The position numbers and the translations under genes were made by a program. A stretch of DNA of 64,000 nucleotides from Longimicrobiales bacterium (GTDB taxonomy: Bacteria; Gemmatimonadota; Gemmatimonadetes; Longimicrobiales; Gaopeijiaceae): NCBI GenBank assembly GCA_965226375.1, contig CBDDCX010000008.1, positions 704,001 to 768,000 of the forward strand, in the 5' to 3' direction. Below the pieces are notes generated by a model, which made no database searches, was not told the origin of the DNA, and saw only the letters and a list, made by a program, of their open reading frames with translations. Positions 36,186 to 47,232 of this stretch are shown here, one piece after another. The stretch's first letter is position 1; the number at the start of each line of letters is the position of its first letter.

Positions 36186-37028
36186 ATGCCTATCAAGAAA
36201 TTCAAGCCGGTCACTCCGGGAATGCGGTTTCGCTCCATTGTCGACAACTCCGACATTCTCACGAAGAAAGAGCCGGAGAAGTCGCTTCTGGAGCCGCTCA
36301 AGAAGTCGGGTGGACGCAACCACCACGGGAGAATCACCTCTCGCCGGCGGGGCGGCGGACACAAGCGCCGGTATCGCAAGATCGACTTTCGCCGTAACAA
36401 GACCGGGGTTCCCGGCAAGATTGCGGCCATCGAGTACGATCCGAACCGGAGCTCGAATATCGCGTTGGTCCATTATGTGGACGGGGAAAAGCGCTACATC
36501 CTGCATCCGCGGGGCCTTCAGGTGGGCACCATGATCGTGTCGGGGCCCGAGGCGGACATCCGCGTGGGCAATGCGCTGCCTCTCGGGAAGATCCCGTTGG
36601 GTACGGTGGTGCATAACATCGAGCTCAAGCCGGGCAAGGGTGGCCAGATGGCCCGTTCGGCGGGAGCCGGCGTGCAGATCGTCGCCAAGGAAGGCAAATA
36701 CGTCGCTCTACGGTTGCCCTCGACCGAGGTCCGGCAGGTGCTCAATACCTGCATGGCCACGATCGGCCAGGTGGGCAATATTGAGTACAATCTGCAGACG
36801 ATCGGTAAGGCCGGCGCCAATCGCTGGCGTGGCAAGCGCCCCGAGGTCCGTGGTGTGGCGATGAACCCCGTCGACCACCCCCTGGGTGGTGGTGAGGGCA
36901 GAGCCTCCGGAGGACGTCCTCCCGTGACGCCCTGGGGCAAGCGTGAAGGGACGAAGACCCGCAAGAGGAAGAAGCAGTCGAACAAGTACATCATCCGCGG
37001 ACGCAAGCGGGGCAAGGCTACAACGTGA
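36186..37028 (+). CDS. rplB: 50S ribosomal protein L2
   Basis: IEYDPNRS and [17 protein letters not shown]. Confidence 0.99.
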   Translation: MPIKKFKPVTPGMRFRSIVDNSDILTKKEPEKSLLEPLKKSGGRNHHGRITSRRRGGGHKRRYRKIDFRRNKTGVPGKIAAIEYDPNRSSNIALVHYVDGEKRYILHPRGLQVGTMIVSGPEADIRVGNALPLGKIPLGTVVHNIELKPGKGGQMARSAGAGVQIVAKEGKYVALRLPSTEVRQVLNTCMATIGQVGNIEYNLQTIGKAGANRWRGKRPEVRGVAMNPVDHPLGGGEGRASGGRPPVTPWGKREGTKTRKRKKQSNKYIIRGRKRGKATT

Positions 37029-37044
37029 TGCCTCATGATCCGCG

Positions 37045-37146
37045 ACGGTGGAGCACAACGGTGGAGCACAACGGTGGAGCACAACGGTGGAGCACAATGG
37101 TGGTGCACAATGGTGGAGCACGATGGTGGAGCACGATGGTGGAGCA
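37045..37146 (+). repeat. Tandem array of about 7.8 x 13 bp, consensus AYGGTGGAGCACR
   Basis: ACGGTGGAGCACA x4, ATGGTGGTGCACA, ATGGTGGAGCACG x2, then a partial unit; intergenic between rplB and rpsS. Confidence 0.95.
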
Positions 37147-37158
37147 GAGGTCGGTCAT

Positions 37159-37446
37159 ATGCCGCGTAGCGTAAAGAAGGGTCCGTACATCGACGAGAAG
37201 CTTCTCATGAAGATCGAGATCATGAATTCCCGTGGGGAGAAAAAGGTCATCAAGACCTGGGCACGGGCGTCCACCATCTCGCCGGACTTCGTGGGACACA
37301 CGGTCGCGGTGCACAACGGGAACAAGTTCATTCCCGTGTACATCACGGAAAACATGGTGGGCCACAAGCTCGGTGAATTCTCTCCCACCAGGCTCTTCAG
37401 GGGTCACGGTGGAAGACTCGCCGACAAGCGGTCTTCGGTGAGGTAG
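37159..37446 (+). CDS. rpsS: 30S ribosomal protein S19
   Basis: [10 protein letters not shown] and [13 protein letters not shown]. Confidence 0.98.
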   Translation: MPRSVKKGPYIDEKLLMKIEIMNSRGEKKVIKTWARASTISPDFVGHTVAVHNGNKFIPVYITENMVGHKLGEFSPTRLFRGHGGRLADKRSSVR

Positions 37447-37453
37447 GCGAGAG

Positions 37454-37810
37454 ATGCAGATGCAAGCAACGGCGATTGCTCGTCACGTACGTATGAGCCC
37501 GCGTAAGATCCGCCTGGTGGTGGATCAGATCCGTGGGAAGTCGGTCAACGAGGCGTATGCCATCCTTCGATTCTCGAAGAAGGCTGCAGCGGATCCCGTG
37601 GGGAAGACCCTGCGCTCCGCCGTGGCGAACGCACAGAACAGAGCTCAGGACCATGGCGACGTCCTGGACGTGGACGAACTGACGGTCGCTACCGCGTTCG
37701 TCGACGAGGGCCCGACGCTCAAGCGTTGGAGGGCTCGCGCCATGGGTCGTGCTGGCCGCATCAACAAGCGGACCAGCCACATCACTGTAGTTGTGGACGC
37801 GAAGGAATAA
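37454..37810 (+). CDS. rplV: 50S ribosomal protein L22
   Basis: [16 protein letters not shown] and KRTSHIT. Confidence 0.98.
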   Translation: MQMQATAIARHVRMSPRKIRLVVDQIRGKSVNEAYAILRFSKKAAADPVGKTLRSAVANAQNRAQDHGDVLDVDELTVATAFVDEGPTLKRWRARAMGRAGRINKRTSHITVVVDAKE

Positions 37811-37812
37811 GA

Positions 37813-38472
37813 ATGGGACAGAAGACTCACCCATTGGGGTTCCGTCTAGGGATCGTCAAGGACTGGAAGTCCCGCTGGTATGCCGAGCGTGACTTCCCGC
37901 GCCTTCTCCAAGAGGACGAGACCATCCGGAAGTACCTCCATCGGCGCCTCGCGCATGCCGCACTCTCCAAGGTGGAGATCGAGCGGAAGCCGTCGAAGAT
38001 CGTCGTCACGCTGTTTACAGCACGCCCCGGAGTGGTGATCGGAAAACGCGGAGCCGAGGTCGACAAGCTGCGCGACGAGCTGGCGGTACTGACCAAGGCG
38101 GAGATTTCCGTGAACGTCGAGGAGATCCGTCGGCCCGAGGTCGACGCCCGGTTGGTGGCCGAGAACGTGGCCCATCAGCTCCGGCAGCGGATCTCGTTCC
38201 GTCGCGCAATGAAGCGGGCCGTCCAGTCCGCCATGAGAGGTGGCGCCGAGGGCATCAAGATTCAGTGTGCAGGTCGCCTGGGCGGCGCCGAGATCGCACG
38301 CACCGAGGGATACAACGAGGGGCGTGTGCCGCTCCATACTCTCCGTGCCGACATAGACTACGCACAGGTTACTGCCATCACCACATACGGAACCGTAGGT
38401 GTGAAGTGCTGGATCTTCCGTGGCGAAGTCGTTGAAGAGCGCCGTGACCATACGTACTCCACCGGCGCCTGA
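37813..38472 (+). CDS. rpsC: 30S ribosomal protein S3
   Basis: [13 protein letters not shown] and [14 protein letters not shown]. Confidence 0.98.
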   Translation: MGQKTHPLGFRLGIVKDWKSRWYAERDFPRLLQEDETIRKYLHRRLAHAALSKVEIERKPSKIVVTLFTARPGVVIGKRGAEVDKLRDELAVLTKAEISVNVEEIRRPEVDARLVAENVAHQLRQRISFRRAMKRAVQSAMRGGAEGIKIQCAGRLGGAEIARTEGYNEGRVPLHTLRADIDYAQVTAITTYGTVGVKCWIFRGEVVEERRDHTYSTGA

Positions 38473-38505
38473 CCGCCGACGCTTCAGCGAGAGGATTAGA
38501 AGACG

Positions 38506-38922
38506 ATGCTAGCGCCAAAGCGCGTAAAACACCGTAAGACGCATAAGGGCCGGATGCGCGGAAAAGCGCTTCGCGGCAACAAGGTCTCGTTCGGTGAGTA
38601 CGGCCTCCAGACGACCGAGTGCGGCTGGATCTCGAACCGCCAGATCGAGTCCGCTCGTGTTGCCATGACCCGCCATATCAAACGTGGTGGCAAGGTCTGG
38701 ATCCGGATCTTTCCCGACAAGCCGATCACGTCCAAGCCGGCCGAGACCCGCATGGGCAAGGGTAAGGGTAATCCCGAGGGATGGGTGGCCGTGGTAAAGC
38801 CGGGCAGAATGATGTTCGAGCTGGAGGGTGTCGACGTGGAGGTCGCCAAGCGGGCCATGCAGCTAGCTGCAGCCAAGCTTCCCGTGGCGACGCGCTTCGT
38901 CATCCGAGAGCATCAGCTCTAG
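38506..38922 (+). CDS. rplP: 50S ribosomal protein L16
   Basis: [11 protein letters not shown] and RMGKGKG. Confidence 0.98.
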   Translation: MLAPKRVKHRKTHKGRMRGKALRGNKVSFGEYGLQTTECGWISNRQIESARVAMTRHIKRGGKVWIRIFPDKPITSKPAETRMGKGKGNPEGWVAVVKPGRMMFELEGVDVEVAKRAMQLAAAKLPVATRFVIREHQL

Positions 38923-38942
38923 CAAACAGACGAGAAGAGACG

Positions 38943-39215
38943 ATGAAGGCTGAAGACATACGCGAGTGGGACAACACAGAGGTCTCCGCCCGGCTCGGGG
39001 AGTTGAAGGAGGAGCAGTTCCGCCTCCGCTTCCGGACCGGGACCATGGACCTCGAAAACCCCAAGATGCTGATGCATATCCGGCGCGATATCGCGCGCCT
39101 GCACACCATACTCCGAGAGCGTGAGATGGCCGCGCAATCCGAAGAGTCAATCGCGGAATCTGCAACCGCAGAATCCGCGGCCTCAACCGGGCAATCCGAA
39201 GAGTCGACCGAGTAA
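38943..39215 (+). CDS. rpmC: 50S ribosomal protein L29 with acidic C-terminal tail
   Basis: MKAEDIRE...[13 protein letters not shown] core plus a Ser/Glu/Ala tail. Confidence 0.95.
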   Translation: MKAEDIREWDNTEVSARLGELKEEQFRLRFRTGTMDLENPKMLMHIRRDIARLHTILREREMAAQSEESIAESATAESAASTGQSEESTE

Positions 39216-39217
39216 CC

Positions 39218-39544
39218 ATGACAGAGAATACATCGGAACAGGCCGAAACGGCCGAGACTGCCGAGGCACCCGAGGCACCCGAGGCTGATGAGGCCCGGAA
39301 TCGGCGGAAGGTCCGGACAGGCGTGGTGACCAGTGACAAGAGCGACAAGACCGTGACCGTGCGAGTGGAGCGGCAGTTTGCCCATCCCCTGTACACGAAG
39401 CAGGTCAGGAAGACCAAGAAGTACCACGCCCACGACGAAGAGAATCAGTACAAGGAAGGCGACGTGGTCAGGATCGTGGAGACCCGGCCTCTGTCGAAGA
39501 CCAAGCGGTGGCGTGTACTAGGGCTGCTTGAACGCTCCGAATAA
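39218..39544 (+). CDS. rpsQ: 30S ribosomal protein S17 with acidic N-terminal extension
   Basis: [15 protein letters not shown] and [11 protein letters not shown]. Confidence 0.97.
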   Translation: MTENTSEQAETAETAEAPEAPEADEARNRRKVRTGVVTSDKSDKTVTVRVERQFAHPLYTKQVRKTKKYHAHDEENQYKEGDVVRIVETRPLSKTKRWRVLGLLERSE

Positions 39545-39594
39545 GAGCATCACCGCGCTTTTTACGTGATTTTGACGCGATTTAGGACACAGAG

Positions 39595-39963
39595 ATGATT
39601 CAGCAGGAATCGATCCTCAAGATTGCCGACAACTCAGGGGCCAAGAGCGCCCTGTGTATTCGGGTCTTGGGTGGATCACGGCGACGCTATGCCAGCGTCG
39701 GTGATGTGATCGTGGCCACGATCAAGGACGCCATTCCCAACTCACCCGTGAAGAAGGGTGAAGTGGTGCAGGCGGTGATCGTGCGTACGGCCAAGGAAGT
39801 GCGGCGTCGTGATGGTACCTACATCCGCTTCGACGACAACGCGGCGGTGCTCATCACCCCACAGGGCGAGCCCCGCGGCACCCGCATCTTCGGGCCCGTC
39901 GGGCGGGAATTGCGTGAGAAGAAGTACATGAAGATCGTTTCGTTGGCTCCGGAGGTGCTGTAA
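39595..39963 (+). CDS. rplN: 50S ribosomal protein L14
   Basis: [15 protein letters not shown] and SLAPEVL. Confidence 0.99.
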   Translation: MIQQESILKIADNSGAKSALCIRVLGGSRRRYASVGDVIVATIKDAIPNSPVKKGEVVQAVIVRTAKEVRRRDGTYIRFDDNAAVLITPQGEPRGTRIFGPVGRELREKKYMKIVSLAPEVL

Positions 39964-40301
39964 TGGCCAGCAATGCGTTGAAGTACTCGATCGTAAAGGG
40001 TGACCGGGTCAAGGTGATCCGTGGCAACCATCGCGATATGGAAGGAACCGTTCTCCGGGTGCTCAGGGATGACGGGCGGCTCGTGGTCGAGGGCGTGAAC
40101 ATGCGCAAGCGCCACGAGCGTCCCACCGAGGCGAATCCGGAGGGTGGAATCATGACCTTCGAGGCCCCGATCCACATGTCCAACGTGATGTTGGTGGATC
40201 CGGCCTCGGATCAGGCGAGCCGGGTCCGCACGCGGATCGAGGCCGATGGCACCAAAGAGAGGATTGCCGTAAAGACCGGCAATCCGATCCCCAAGCCGTA
40301 G
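39963..40301 (+). CDS. rplX: 50S ribosomal protein L24
   Basis: KGDRVKVIRG KOW motif and EAPIHMSNV. Confidence 0.97.
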   Translation: MASNALKYSIVKGDRVKVIRGNHRDMEGTVLRVLRDDGRLVVEGVNMRKRHERPTEANPEGGIMTFEAPIHMSNVMLVDPASDQASRVRTRIEADGTKERIAVKTGNPIPKP

Positions 40302-40367
40302 CGGGAGCCGTCGACTCACATCGGATCGACGTACACTGCTGTGGCGTGACTGTGGGACTGAGAGAGC

Positions 40368-40943
40368 ATGGAACCGAGACTACTGACACACTATAGGGAG
40401 CATGCCCGCGCACGGTTGGCGGAGCAGTTCCAGTGGGGGAACCCCCACCGGATTCCCAAGATCGAGAAGGTCGTGTTGAACGTGGGCGTGGGCGAAGCGT
40501 CGAAGAACGCGAAGCTCCTTACGTCCGTCGTGGAGGAGCTGGGCGTCATCACCGGCCAGAAGGCCGTGGTGACGCGCGCACGGAAGTCGATCTCGAACTT
40601 CTCGCTCCGCGAAGGCATGCCCATCGGAGCGGCGGTTACGCTTCGACAGCACCGTATGTACGAGTTCCTGGATCGACTGGTGAGTATCGCGATACCGCGG
40701 GTGAGGGACTTCCGCGGGCTGCGGACGCGCGCCTTCGACGGTCGGGGCAACTTCACGATGGGCGTCCGGGAGCAGATCATCTTCCCGGAGATCGACTACG
40801 ACAAGGTCGGTCAGATTCACGGAATGAACATCACCGTCGTCACGACGACTGACAAAGACGACGAGGCGCTTGCTCTACTTCGCGAGATGGGCTTCCCCTT
40901 CCAAGGGGCAGATCCGATCGTGATCGGGCAGCACGCCAACTAA
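40368..40943 (+). CDS. rplE: 50S ribosomal protein L5
   Basis: PRVRDFRG and FDGRGNF. Confidence 0.98.
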   Translation: MEPRLLTHYREHARARLAEQFQWGNPHRIPKIEKVVLNVGVGEASKNAKLLTSVVEELGVITGQKAVVTRARKSISNFSLREGMPIGAAVTLRQHRMYEFLDRLVSIAIPRVRDFRGLRTRAFDGRGNFTMGVREQIIFPEIDYDKVGQIHGMNITVVTTTDKDDEALALLREMGFPFQGADPIVIGQHAN

Positions 40944-40961
40944 CACGGACAGGGGAGTTCG

Positions 40962-41147
40962 ATGGCCAGGAAGGCGTTGATCGAGAGGAACAACCGCGAG
41001 CCCAAGTTTCCGGGCCGGCATCGGAATCGGTGTCAGCGCTGCGGGCGCCCACGTGCATTCATTCGGAAGTTCGGGATCTGTCGGATTTGTTTCCGCCAGA
41101 AGGCCCTTCAGGGCGAAATCCCGGGCGTCCGGAAAGCAAGCTGGTAA
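40962..41147 (+). CDS. rpsN: 30S ribosomal protein S14 (type Z, Zn-binding)
   Basis: 61 aa; RCQRCGRP...ICRICFR. Confidence 0.97.
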   Translation: MARKALIERNNREPKFPGRHRNRCQRCGRPRAFIRKFGICRICFRQKALQGEIPGVRKASW

Positions 41148-41162
41148 AGGATTGAAACGGCT

Positions 41163-41555
41163 ATGATGACGGATCCCATTGCGGACATGCTCACGCGTAT
41201 CCGGAACGCCGGTAACGCAGGGCACAAGTGGGCGGACATGCCGGTCTCGAAGCTGAAGACCGAAGTGGCGCGCCTGCTGAAGGAGAACCACTTCGTCTAT
41301 GACTACAAGATTCTGGCCGATGGTAATTTCGGAGTTCTCCGTGTGTATCTGAAGTATCACGAAGAGGGCCCGATCATTCGGTACATCGAGCGTGTATCAC
41401 GCCCGGGTCGTCGTCGCTACGTGGCCGTTGATAAGATTCCCCGGGTTCGCAACGGACTGGGGATGGCCATCCTGTCCACTTCGCAGGGACTGATGTCGGA
41501 CCGGGTCGCTCGCAAAGAGGGCATGGGTGGTGAGCTCATGGCTCTGGTCTGGTAA
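41163..41555 (+). CDS. rpsH: 30S ribosomal protein S8
   Basis: DPIADMLTRIRN and SRPGRRRY. Confidence 0.98.
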   Translation: MMTDPIADMLTRIRNAGNAGHKWADMPVSKLKTEVARLLKENHFVYDYKILADGNFGVLRVYLKYHEEGPIIRYIERVSRPGRRRYVAVDKIPRVRNGLGMAILSTSQGLMSDRVARKEGMGGELMALVW

Positions 41556-41570
41556 AGGGATAGATCTGAT

Positions 41571-42113
41571 ATGTCTCGGATTGGAAAACAGCCCATCGAG
41601 GTGCCCCAGGGCGTCGACGTGACCGTGAGCGGGCAGAACGTGAAGGTGAAGGGTGCCAAAGGGCAGCTCACCTTCGACGCACACGCCGACATGACGGTCA
41701 CGATGGACGACGGGGTGGTCTCGGTTACGCGTCCTTCGGATCAGCCGCAGCACCGCGCGCTACACGGTCTGACGCGCACGCTCATCGCCAACATGGTCGA
41801 GGGTGTGGTCAACGGATACAGCAAGACCCTCGAGATCCAGGGGGTCGGCTATAAGGCGGAGAAGCAAGGCCAGGGCATCAAGTTGACCCTCGGCTTCTCC
41901 CACACGATCGAATATCCGGCGCCCGACGGCGTGGAGCTCGATACACCGAACCCGACCACGATTGTCATAGCCGGGATCGACAAACAAAAGGTGGGCCAAG
42001 CGGCCGCCGAGATTCGCGCCTTCCGTCCCCCGGAGCCGTACAAGGGCAAGGGCATTCGCTACCAGGGGGAGCACGTCCGCCGCAAGGCCGGTAAGACGGC
42101 TGCCGCGACCTAA
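41571..42113 (+). CDS. rplF: 50S ribosomal protein L6
   Basis: MSRIGKQP and [10 protein letters not shown]. Confidence 0.98.
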   Translation: MSRIGKQPIEVPQGVDVTVSGQNVKVKGAKGQLTFDAHADMTVTMDDGVVSVTRPSDQPQHRALHGLTRTLIANMVEGVVNGYSKTLEIQGVGYKAEKQGQGIKLTLGFSHTIEYPAPDGVELDTPNPTTIVIAGIDKQKVGQAAAEIRAFRPPEPYKGKGIRYQGEHVRRKAGKTAAAT

Positions 42114-42127
42114 GAACGAACGGAATC

Positions 42128-42508
42128 ATGAGCACTAAAACCAAGAAAAACAGACCGGCTCAGCGGGCTCGGCGGCACGCGCGGATCCGAAAGAAGATCT
42201 GGGGTACGGCGGAGCGTCCGAGGCTGGTCGTGTTCCGTTCCCTGAAGAACTTCGAGGGGCAGTTGGTGAATGACGATGCCGGCAACACGCTGGTGGGTCT
42301 CTCCACGCTCTGTGCAGACCTCCCCGACTTCAAGGCCGAGGGCTCGAACCCGCGCGTCGAGCGCGCGCGTACTGCAGGGAAGCTTCTTGCGGAGCGTGCT
42401 GTGGCCAAGGGAGTCGAATCCGTCGTGTTCGATCGCGGTGGATACCAGTATCACGGCCGGGTCAAGGCATTCGCCGATGGCGCCCGGGAGGGAGGGCTTC
42501 AGTTCTGA
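42128..42508 (+). CDS. rplR: 50S ribosomal protein L18
   Basis: RPRLVVFRS and [13 protein letters not shown]. Confidence 0.98.
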   Translation: MSTKTKKNRPAQRARRHARIRKKIWGTAERPRLVVFRSLKNFEGQLVNDDAGNTLVGLSTLCADLPDFKAEGSNPRVERARTAGKLLAERAVAKGVESVVFDRGGYQYHGRVKAFADGAREGGLQF

Positions 42509-43038
42509 TGGCCAGGGATCAAAAACGCAGAGAGAGCCGCGGGCGCGAGTCCGAGTTCACAGAGAACGTGATCCACATCAACCGCGTGGCCAAGGTCGTC
42601 AAGGGTGGTCGCCGGTTCTCCTTTACCGCGCTGGTGTCCGTAGGCGACCAGAAGGGTCGCGTCGGTATCGGGCTCGCCAAGGCGAACGAGGTGGCCGAGG
42701 CCATCCGTAAGGCCTTCGAGCGCGGCAAGAAGGACATGATCGAGATTCCCGTTCGTAACGGGACCATTCCGCACGAGATCATCGGCCGGTGGGGCGCGGG
42801 GCGCGTCATGTTGCGCCCGGCCTCGCCCGGAACCGGTGTGATCGCCGGTGGGCCGGTACGCTCCGTCCTCGAGGCCGTGGGCATCAAGGACATCCTGACG
42901 AAGAGCCAGGGGAGCAACAATCCGATCAACGTGGTGAGAGCGACTATGCACGGACTCACCAACTTGGTGACTCCCGAGCAGGCGGCCATGGAGCGGGGTG
43001 TTCCCGTGGAGGTCATCCTGGGAGGCGATCGTGGCTAA
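42508..43038 (+). CDS. rpsE: 30S ribosomal protein S5
   Basis: [16 protein letters not shown] and GTGVIAGG. Confidence 0.98.
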   Translation: MARDQKRRESRGRESEFTENVIHINRVAKVVKGGRRFSFTALVSVGDQKGRVGIGLAKANEVAEAIRKAFERGKKDMIEIPVRNGTIPHEIIGRWGAGRVMLRPASPGTGVIAGGPVRSVLEAVGIKDILTKSQGSNNPINVVRATMHGLTNLVTPEQAAMERGVPVEVILGGDRG

Positions 43039-43213
43039 CAAGCTGTCCATCACCCAGGTCCGGAGCGGCGTCGGTCGCAAGTTCAAGCACAGGCGTACGT
43101 TGACGGCCCTTGGGTTCAAGAAGCACCAGCAGACGGTGGTGCATGACGATACACCTGCTATCCGCGGGATGGTGAAGCAGGTTTGGCACCTGGTAAAGGT
43201 AGAAGAGATCTAA
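43031..43213 (+). CDS. rpmD: 50S ribosomal protein L30
   Basis: GTG start; ITQVRS...TLTALG...AIRGMV. Confidence 0.95.
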   Translation: MANKLSITQVRSGVGRKFKHRRTLTALGFKKHQQTVVHDDTPAIRGMVKQVWHLVKVEEI

Positions 43214-43215
43214 GA

Positions 43216-43779
43216 ATGTCCGAGCTACACGAACTACGTCCCGCTCCTGGCTCCACGAGCCGGTCGAAGCGGAAAGGGCGAGGCCCAGGCTCCGGGAAAG
43301 GCAAGACTGCCGGTCGCGGAGAGAATGGCCAGAAGTCCCGCAGTGGTGGCTCCATCCGTCTCGGATTCGAGGGCGGACAGATGCCTTTGCAGAGGCGTAT
43401 CCCCAAACGGGGATTCACGCAGCGCAACCGCACCGTGTACCAGATCGTGAACGTGGGTGATCTCGGTCGTATCGAGGGAACCACGGTCACCGCCGAGCTG
43501 TTGAAAGAGGCGGGTTTGATCCGGTCCGCGAGTCGGTTGGTAAAGATTCTCGCCACGGGCGACGTGAGCCAGGCGTATACCGTCGAGGCACACAAGTTCA
43601 GCGGCGGCGCCGTGACCAAAATCGAAGCGGCCGGCGGATCGACCACGGTGCTCACGAGCGGCGGGAGCGACTCGCGGGCCAAGGGCTCCAAGCTTCAGAA
43701 GAAGAGGGTGCCGGAGAAGGCTGCCGCAGAGGCAGCGGACACACCGGCTGCCGAGGCCGAAGCGGAGACCGATGGTTAA
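43216..43779 (+). CDS. rplO: 50S ribosomal protein L15 with C-terminal extension
   Basis: [11 protein letters not shown] and [12 protein letters not shown]. Confidence 0.97.
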   Translation: MSELHELRPAPGSTSRSKRKGRGPGSGKGKTAGRGENGQKSRSGGSIRLGFEGGQMPLQRRIPKRGFTQRNRTVYQIVNVGDLGRIEGTTVTAELLKEAGLIRSASRLVKILATGDVSQAYTVEAHKFSGGAVTKIEAAGGSTTVLTSGGSDSRAKGSKLQKKRVPEKAAAEAADTPAAEAEAETDG

Positions 43780-45085
43780 CCCGATTCCGAATCTTTTCCG
43801 GGTTCCGGAGCTCAAAGAGAAGATCCTCTTTACGCTCTTTATCATGTTCATATACCGGTTCGGTGCGCACATCACCGTGCCCGGTGTGGACGTGGGAATC
43901 CTACGTCAGCAGTTCGGAGCCCTGCAGGGCGGGATTCTCGGCATCTACGACATGTTCGTGGGTGGCGGTCTCAGTCGGGCCACGATCCTGGCCCTGGGCA
44001 TCATGCCCTATATCTCCGCCAGCATCATGTTCCAGCTACTGGCTGCCGTCTTCCCCACCGTGGAGAAGATGCAGAAAGAGGGCGAGGACGGACGGCAGAA
44101 GCTCACGCAGTGGACCCGTTACACCACGGTGCTCCTGAGCGCGATCCAGGGATTAAGCTACGCGGCCTTCCTGAACAGCACGGGTGCGGTTCGTAACCCC
44201 GGATTCGTCTTCAACTTGACCACCACGGTCACGCTCACGGTCGGAGCCATCTTTGTCATGTGGCTCGGTGAGCAGATCACGGAGCGCGGGATCGGGAACG
44301 GAATGTCGCTCCTGATCTTCTTCTCCATCATCGAGGGCTTTCCGGCAGCCGTGGTCAGGACCTGGGAGTCTTTCGTTGCCGGGCAGATCCAGATCTTCGC
44401 GGTCGTGATGCTCGTCGTCGTGCTGATCGGGATCACCGCGGCCGTGGTGGCGATGACCATGGGCTCGAGGAAGATACCGGTTCAGATCCCGAGAAAAGTG
44501 GTCGGGCGTGGGCGTATTCGAGAGGGGCAGAAGAGCTTTGTTCCGCTGCGCGTGAATTCCGCCGGAGTCATGCCCATCATCTTTGCCCAGTCCTTCATCG
44601 TCGTGCCGGGCACCATTGCCCAGTTCGCCGGTCAGACGGGCGGCTTCCTCGATACGATTGCGGACATCTTCCAGCCCGGACCCGTCTATTACGTCACCTA
44701 CGGTCTCCTGATCGTCTTCTTCACGTACTTCTATACGGCCATCATCTTCAATCCGGTGGATCTGGCCGAGAACTTGAAGAAGCAGGGGGCCTTCGTACCG
44801 GGTGTCAAGCCGGGAGCTCGCACGGCCGAATACATCGACCGCGTGCTCACCAGGGTGACTCTGCCAGGGTCGATTTATCTGGCGCTGATCGCGCTGGTGC
44901 CGTTCTGGATCTTCAGCCTCTTCAACATCCAGACGTTCTTTTTCGGGGGCACGGGCCTTCTGATTGTCGTGGGTGTGGGCTTGGACACCGTCCAGCAGGC
45001 GCAGCAGCACCTGCTGCTCCGTCACTATGACGGGTTCATGAAGAAGGGTCGCGTGAAGATGCGTGGTCGTTCCCGATACATGTAG
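43772..45085 (+). CDS. secY: Preprotein translocase SecY
   Basis: [18 protein letters not shown] and GVMPIIFA. Confidence 0.98.
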   Translation: MVNPIPNLFRVPELKEKILFTLFIMFIYRFGAHITVPGVDVGILRQQFGALQGGILGIYDMFVGGGLSRATILALGIMPYISASIMFQLLAAVFPTVEKMQKEGEDGRQKLTQWTRYTTVLLSAIQGLSYAAFLNSTGAVRNPGFVFNLTTTVTLTVGAIFVMWLGEQITERGIGNGMSLLIFFSIIEGFPAAVVRTWESFVAGQIQIFAVVMLVVVLIGITAAVVAMTMGSRKIPVQIPRKVVGRGRIREGQKSFVPLRVNSAGVMPIIFAQSFIVVPGTIAQFAGQTGGFLDTIADIFQPGPVYYVTYGLLIVFFTYFYTAIIFNPVDLAENLKKQGAFVPGVKPGARTAEYIDRVLTRVTLPGSIYLALIALVPFWIFSLFNIQTFFFGGTGLLIVVGVGLDTVQQAQQHLLLRHYDGFMKKGRVKMRGRSRYM

Positions 45086-45100
45086 CCGGTCGGACACTTT

Positions 45101-45751
45101 ATGTACGTCATTCTTTTGGGACCCCCGGGGGTTGGAAAAGGCACCCAGGGGGTCCTTCTTGCTGAAGGCCGGGGTTTGGAGCGGCTGGTCACGGGTGATC
45201 TGCTTCGCCAGGCCCGGGCCGAGAGCACCGATCTCGGCCGGGAAGCCCAACGCTTCATGGATGCGGGCGAGCTGGTCCCGGACGACGTCATGATCGGCAT
45301 GGTCAGAGAGAAGCTCGCGGCGATTCCCGCGGGCACGGGCGTCGTCTTCGACGGTTTTCCGCGGACCGGTGCTCAGGCGTCCGGTCTCAACATGATGCTC
45401 GGCGAACTGGGCAGGAGGATCGATCAGGTCGTGGTCCTCGAGGCGCAAGACGAGCCCCTGGTCCAGAGGATCGCCGGCCGTCGGTCGTGCCCTCGGTGTG
45501 GCGCGGTTTACAACGTCTTTCTGGCTCCGCCGACCGAAGATGGCGTGTGCGACAACGACGGCTCCGTACTCCAGCATCGCACCGACGACAGCCCCGAGAC
45601 CGTTCAGCATCGACTCGACGTGTACCGGAACCAGACGGCGCCCGTGATCGACTATTACGAGGCCAGCGGCGCACCGGTACACCACGTCGATGGTGACCAG
45701 AGCGTAGACGATGTTCAGGCGGCGGTAGTCGCCGCGCTTGATGTGGCCTGA
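45101..45751 (+). CDS. adk: Adenylate kinase
   Basis: GPPGVGKGTQ, DGFPR and Zn-type LID (CxxC...CxxD). Confidence 0.98.
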   Translation: MYVILLGPPGVGKGTQGVLLAEGRGLERLVTGDLLRQARAESTDLGREAQRFMDAGELVPDDVMIGMVREKLAAIPAGTGVVFDGFPRTGAQASGLNMMLGELGRRIDQVVVLEAQDEPLVQRIAGRRSCPRCGAVYNVFLAPPTEDGVCDNDGSVLQHRTDDSPETVQHRLDVYRNQTAPVIDYYEASGAPVHHVDGDQSVDDVQAAVVAALDVA

Positions 45752-46521
45752 TGATCCACCTGAAGACCCCGGATGAGATCGATATGATCGCCCTTGGCGG
45801 GGCCATCATCGCCGACTTTCTCCTGGAGGTCCCGTCTCGCATCGCCCCCGGCGTCTCCACGCTGGCGATCGATGCGTTCGCCGATGATTTCATCCGCTCC
45901 CACGACGGAGCCGTGCCCGCGTTCAAGGGACTCTACGGCTTCGCCGGCAGCGTTTGTATCTCACTGAACGAAGAGGTGGTTCACGGGATCCCCAAGGCGG
46001 ACCGGGTCCTGGTGGAGGGCGACATCGTCTCCATCGATGTCGGAGTCAAGCTCGACGGTTGGTGCTCCGACTCGGCGTGGACCTTCGCGGTGGGGGAGGT
46101 GGACGAGCAGACCCGCCACCTGCTCACTGTGACGGAGGAGTCCCTGCTGGCGGCCATCGCCGCGGCCAAGGAGGGCGATCACGTCGGCGACATTGGTGCC
46201 GCCGTCATGGGGCGGGTCGACGGTACGGGGCTGCACATCATACGGGACCTCGTGGGCCACGGCGTAGGCCGGGAAGTGCACGAGGAGCCTCAGGTTTCGA
46301 ACCTCGGACGCCCGGGCATCGGTCCCCTTCTGAGGGAGGGAATGGTCCTCGCTATCGAGCCCATGCTCGCGTGGGGAACCGAGAACATCAGGACTCTGGA
46401 AGATCGTTGGACCGTCGTAACTCAGGACGGCACCCGGTCCGCACATTTCGAGCATACCGTGGCCGTGACGGTCAACGGGCCGCGCATACTGACCGCGGCC
46501 CCGGTGGAGACGTCGGTCTGA
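45751..46521 (+). CDS. map: Methionine aminopeptidase type I
   Basis: NEEVVHGIP, GHGVG..HEEP, AIEPM and SAHFEHT. Confidence 0.98.
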   Translation: MIHLKTPDEIDMIALGGAIIADFLLEVPSRIAPGVSTLAIDAFADDFIRSHDGAVPAFKGLYGFAGSVCISLNEEVVHGIPKADRVLVEGDIVSIDVGVKLDGWCSDSAWTFAVGEVDEQTRHLLTVTEESLLAAIAAAKEGDHVGDIGAAVMGRVDGTGLHIIRDLVGHGVGREVHEEPQVSNLGRPGIGPLLREGMVLAIEPMLAWGTENIRTLEDRWTVVTQDGTRSAHFEHTVAVTVNGPRILTAAPVETSV

Positions 46522-46546
46522 ATACGACGAAAGCCCCCGGAATGCC

Positions 46547-46575
46547 TTGAAGGGCAGGGGACCTTCCATTATCAT
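46547..46575 (+). promoter_or_regulatory. sigma70 promoter for the rpmJ-rpsM (alpha) operon
   Basis: TTGAAG-N17-TATCAT. Confidence 0.6.
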
Positions 46576-46613
46576 TACAAGCTCTGCTAGAAACGCACGT
46601 AAAGGCACGAAAA

Positions 46614-46730
46614 ATGAAGGTTCGAAGCAGCGTAAAACCGATTTGCGAACACTGCAAAGTGATCCGTCGCCGGGGTGTGGTGAGGATCATTTGTTCGCGT
46701 AATCCCAGGCACAAACAGCGCCAGGGCTAA
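46614..46730 (+). CDS. rpmJ: 50S ribosomal protein L36
   Basis: Translated by hand: [38 protein letters not shown]. Confidence 0.97.
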   Translation: MKVRSSVKPICEHCKVIRRRGVVRIICSRNPRHKQRQG

Positions 46731-46793
46731 ACGCTGTTTCGCCGATGTCAACGGCGCCGAAGTGCACTCGATAACAGTTGAAGAGATGGTGGT

Positions 46794-47174
46794 ATGGCAC
46801 GCATCGCAGGTGTTGATCTTCCGAAGAGCAAGAGGATAGAGGTCGCGCTGACCTACATCTACGGTATCGGGGCGTCCCGGTCGAAAGAGATTATGGGCGC
46901 GACGGGTGTCGACCCGGACCGCCGGACCGTCGACCTCACCGACGATGACGTGAACAGGTTGCGTCGCGAGATCGAAGGCAACTACAAGGTCGAGGGTGCC
47001 CTCCGGACCGAGGTTTCCATGAACATCAAGCGTCTCATGGACATCGGGTGCTACCGGGGCATCAGGCATCGCCGAGGGCTGCCCGTGCGCGGGCAACGCA
47101 CGCACACGAACGCCCGAACCCACAAGGGTTCGAGGCGGTCCATCGCAGGTAAGAAGAAGGCGCCGAAGAAGTAG
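46794..47174 (+). CDS. rpsM: 30S ribosomal protein S13
   Basis: [10 protein letters not shown] and GLPVRGQRT. Confidence 0.99.
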   Translation: MARIAGVDLPKSKRIEVALTYIYGIGASRSKEIMGATGVDPDRRTVDLTDDDVNRLRREIEGNYKVEGALRTEVSMNIKRLMDIGCYRGIRHRRGLPVRGQRTHTNARTHKGSRRSIAGKKKAPKK

Positions 47175-47232
47175 CGGAGCGCGTCGAGCAAAGTTGGACC
47201 CTTTCGATCAAAACCACGAAGGACGGTAGCGA

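Noticed and set aside
37045..37146. CRISPR array
   Set aside because: The 13-bp units are contiguous with no spacers, and there are no cas genes.
44153..45685. Long antisense ORFs over secY/adk, rpoB, rpoC, fusA and the histidine kinase
   Set aside because: These are shadow frames expected from high-GC codon bias opposite well-supported genes.
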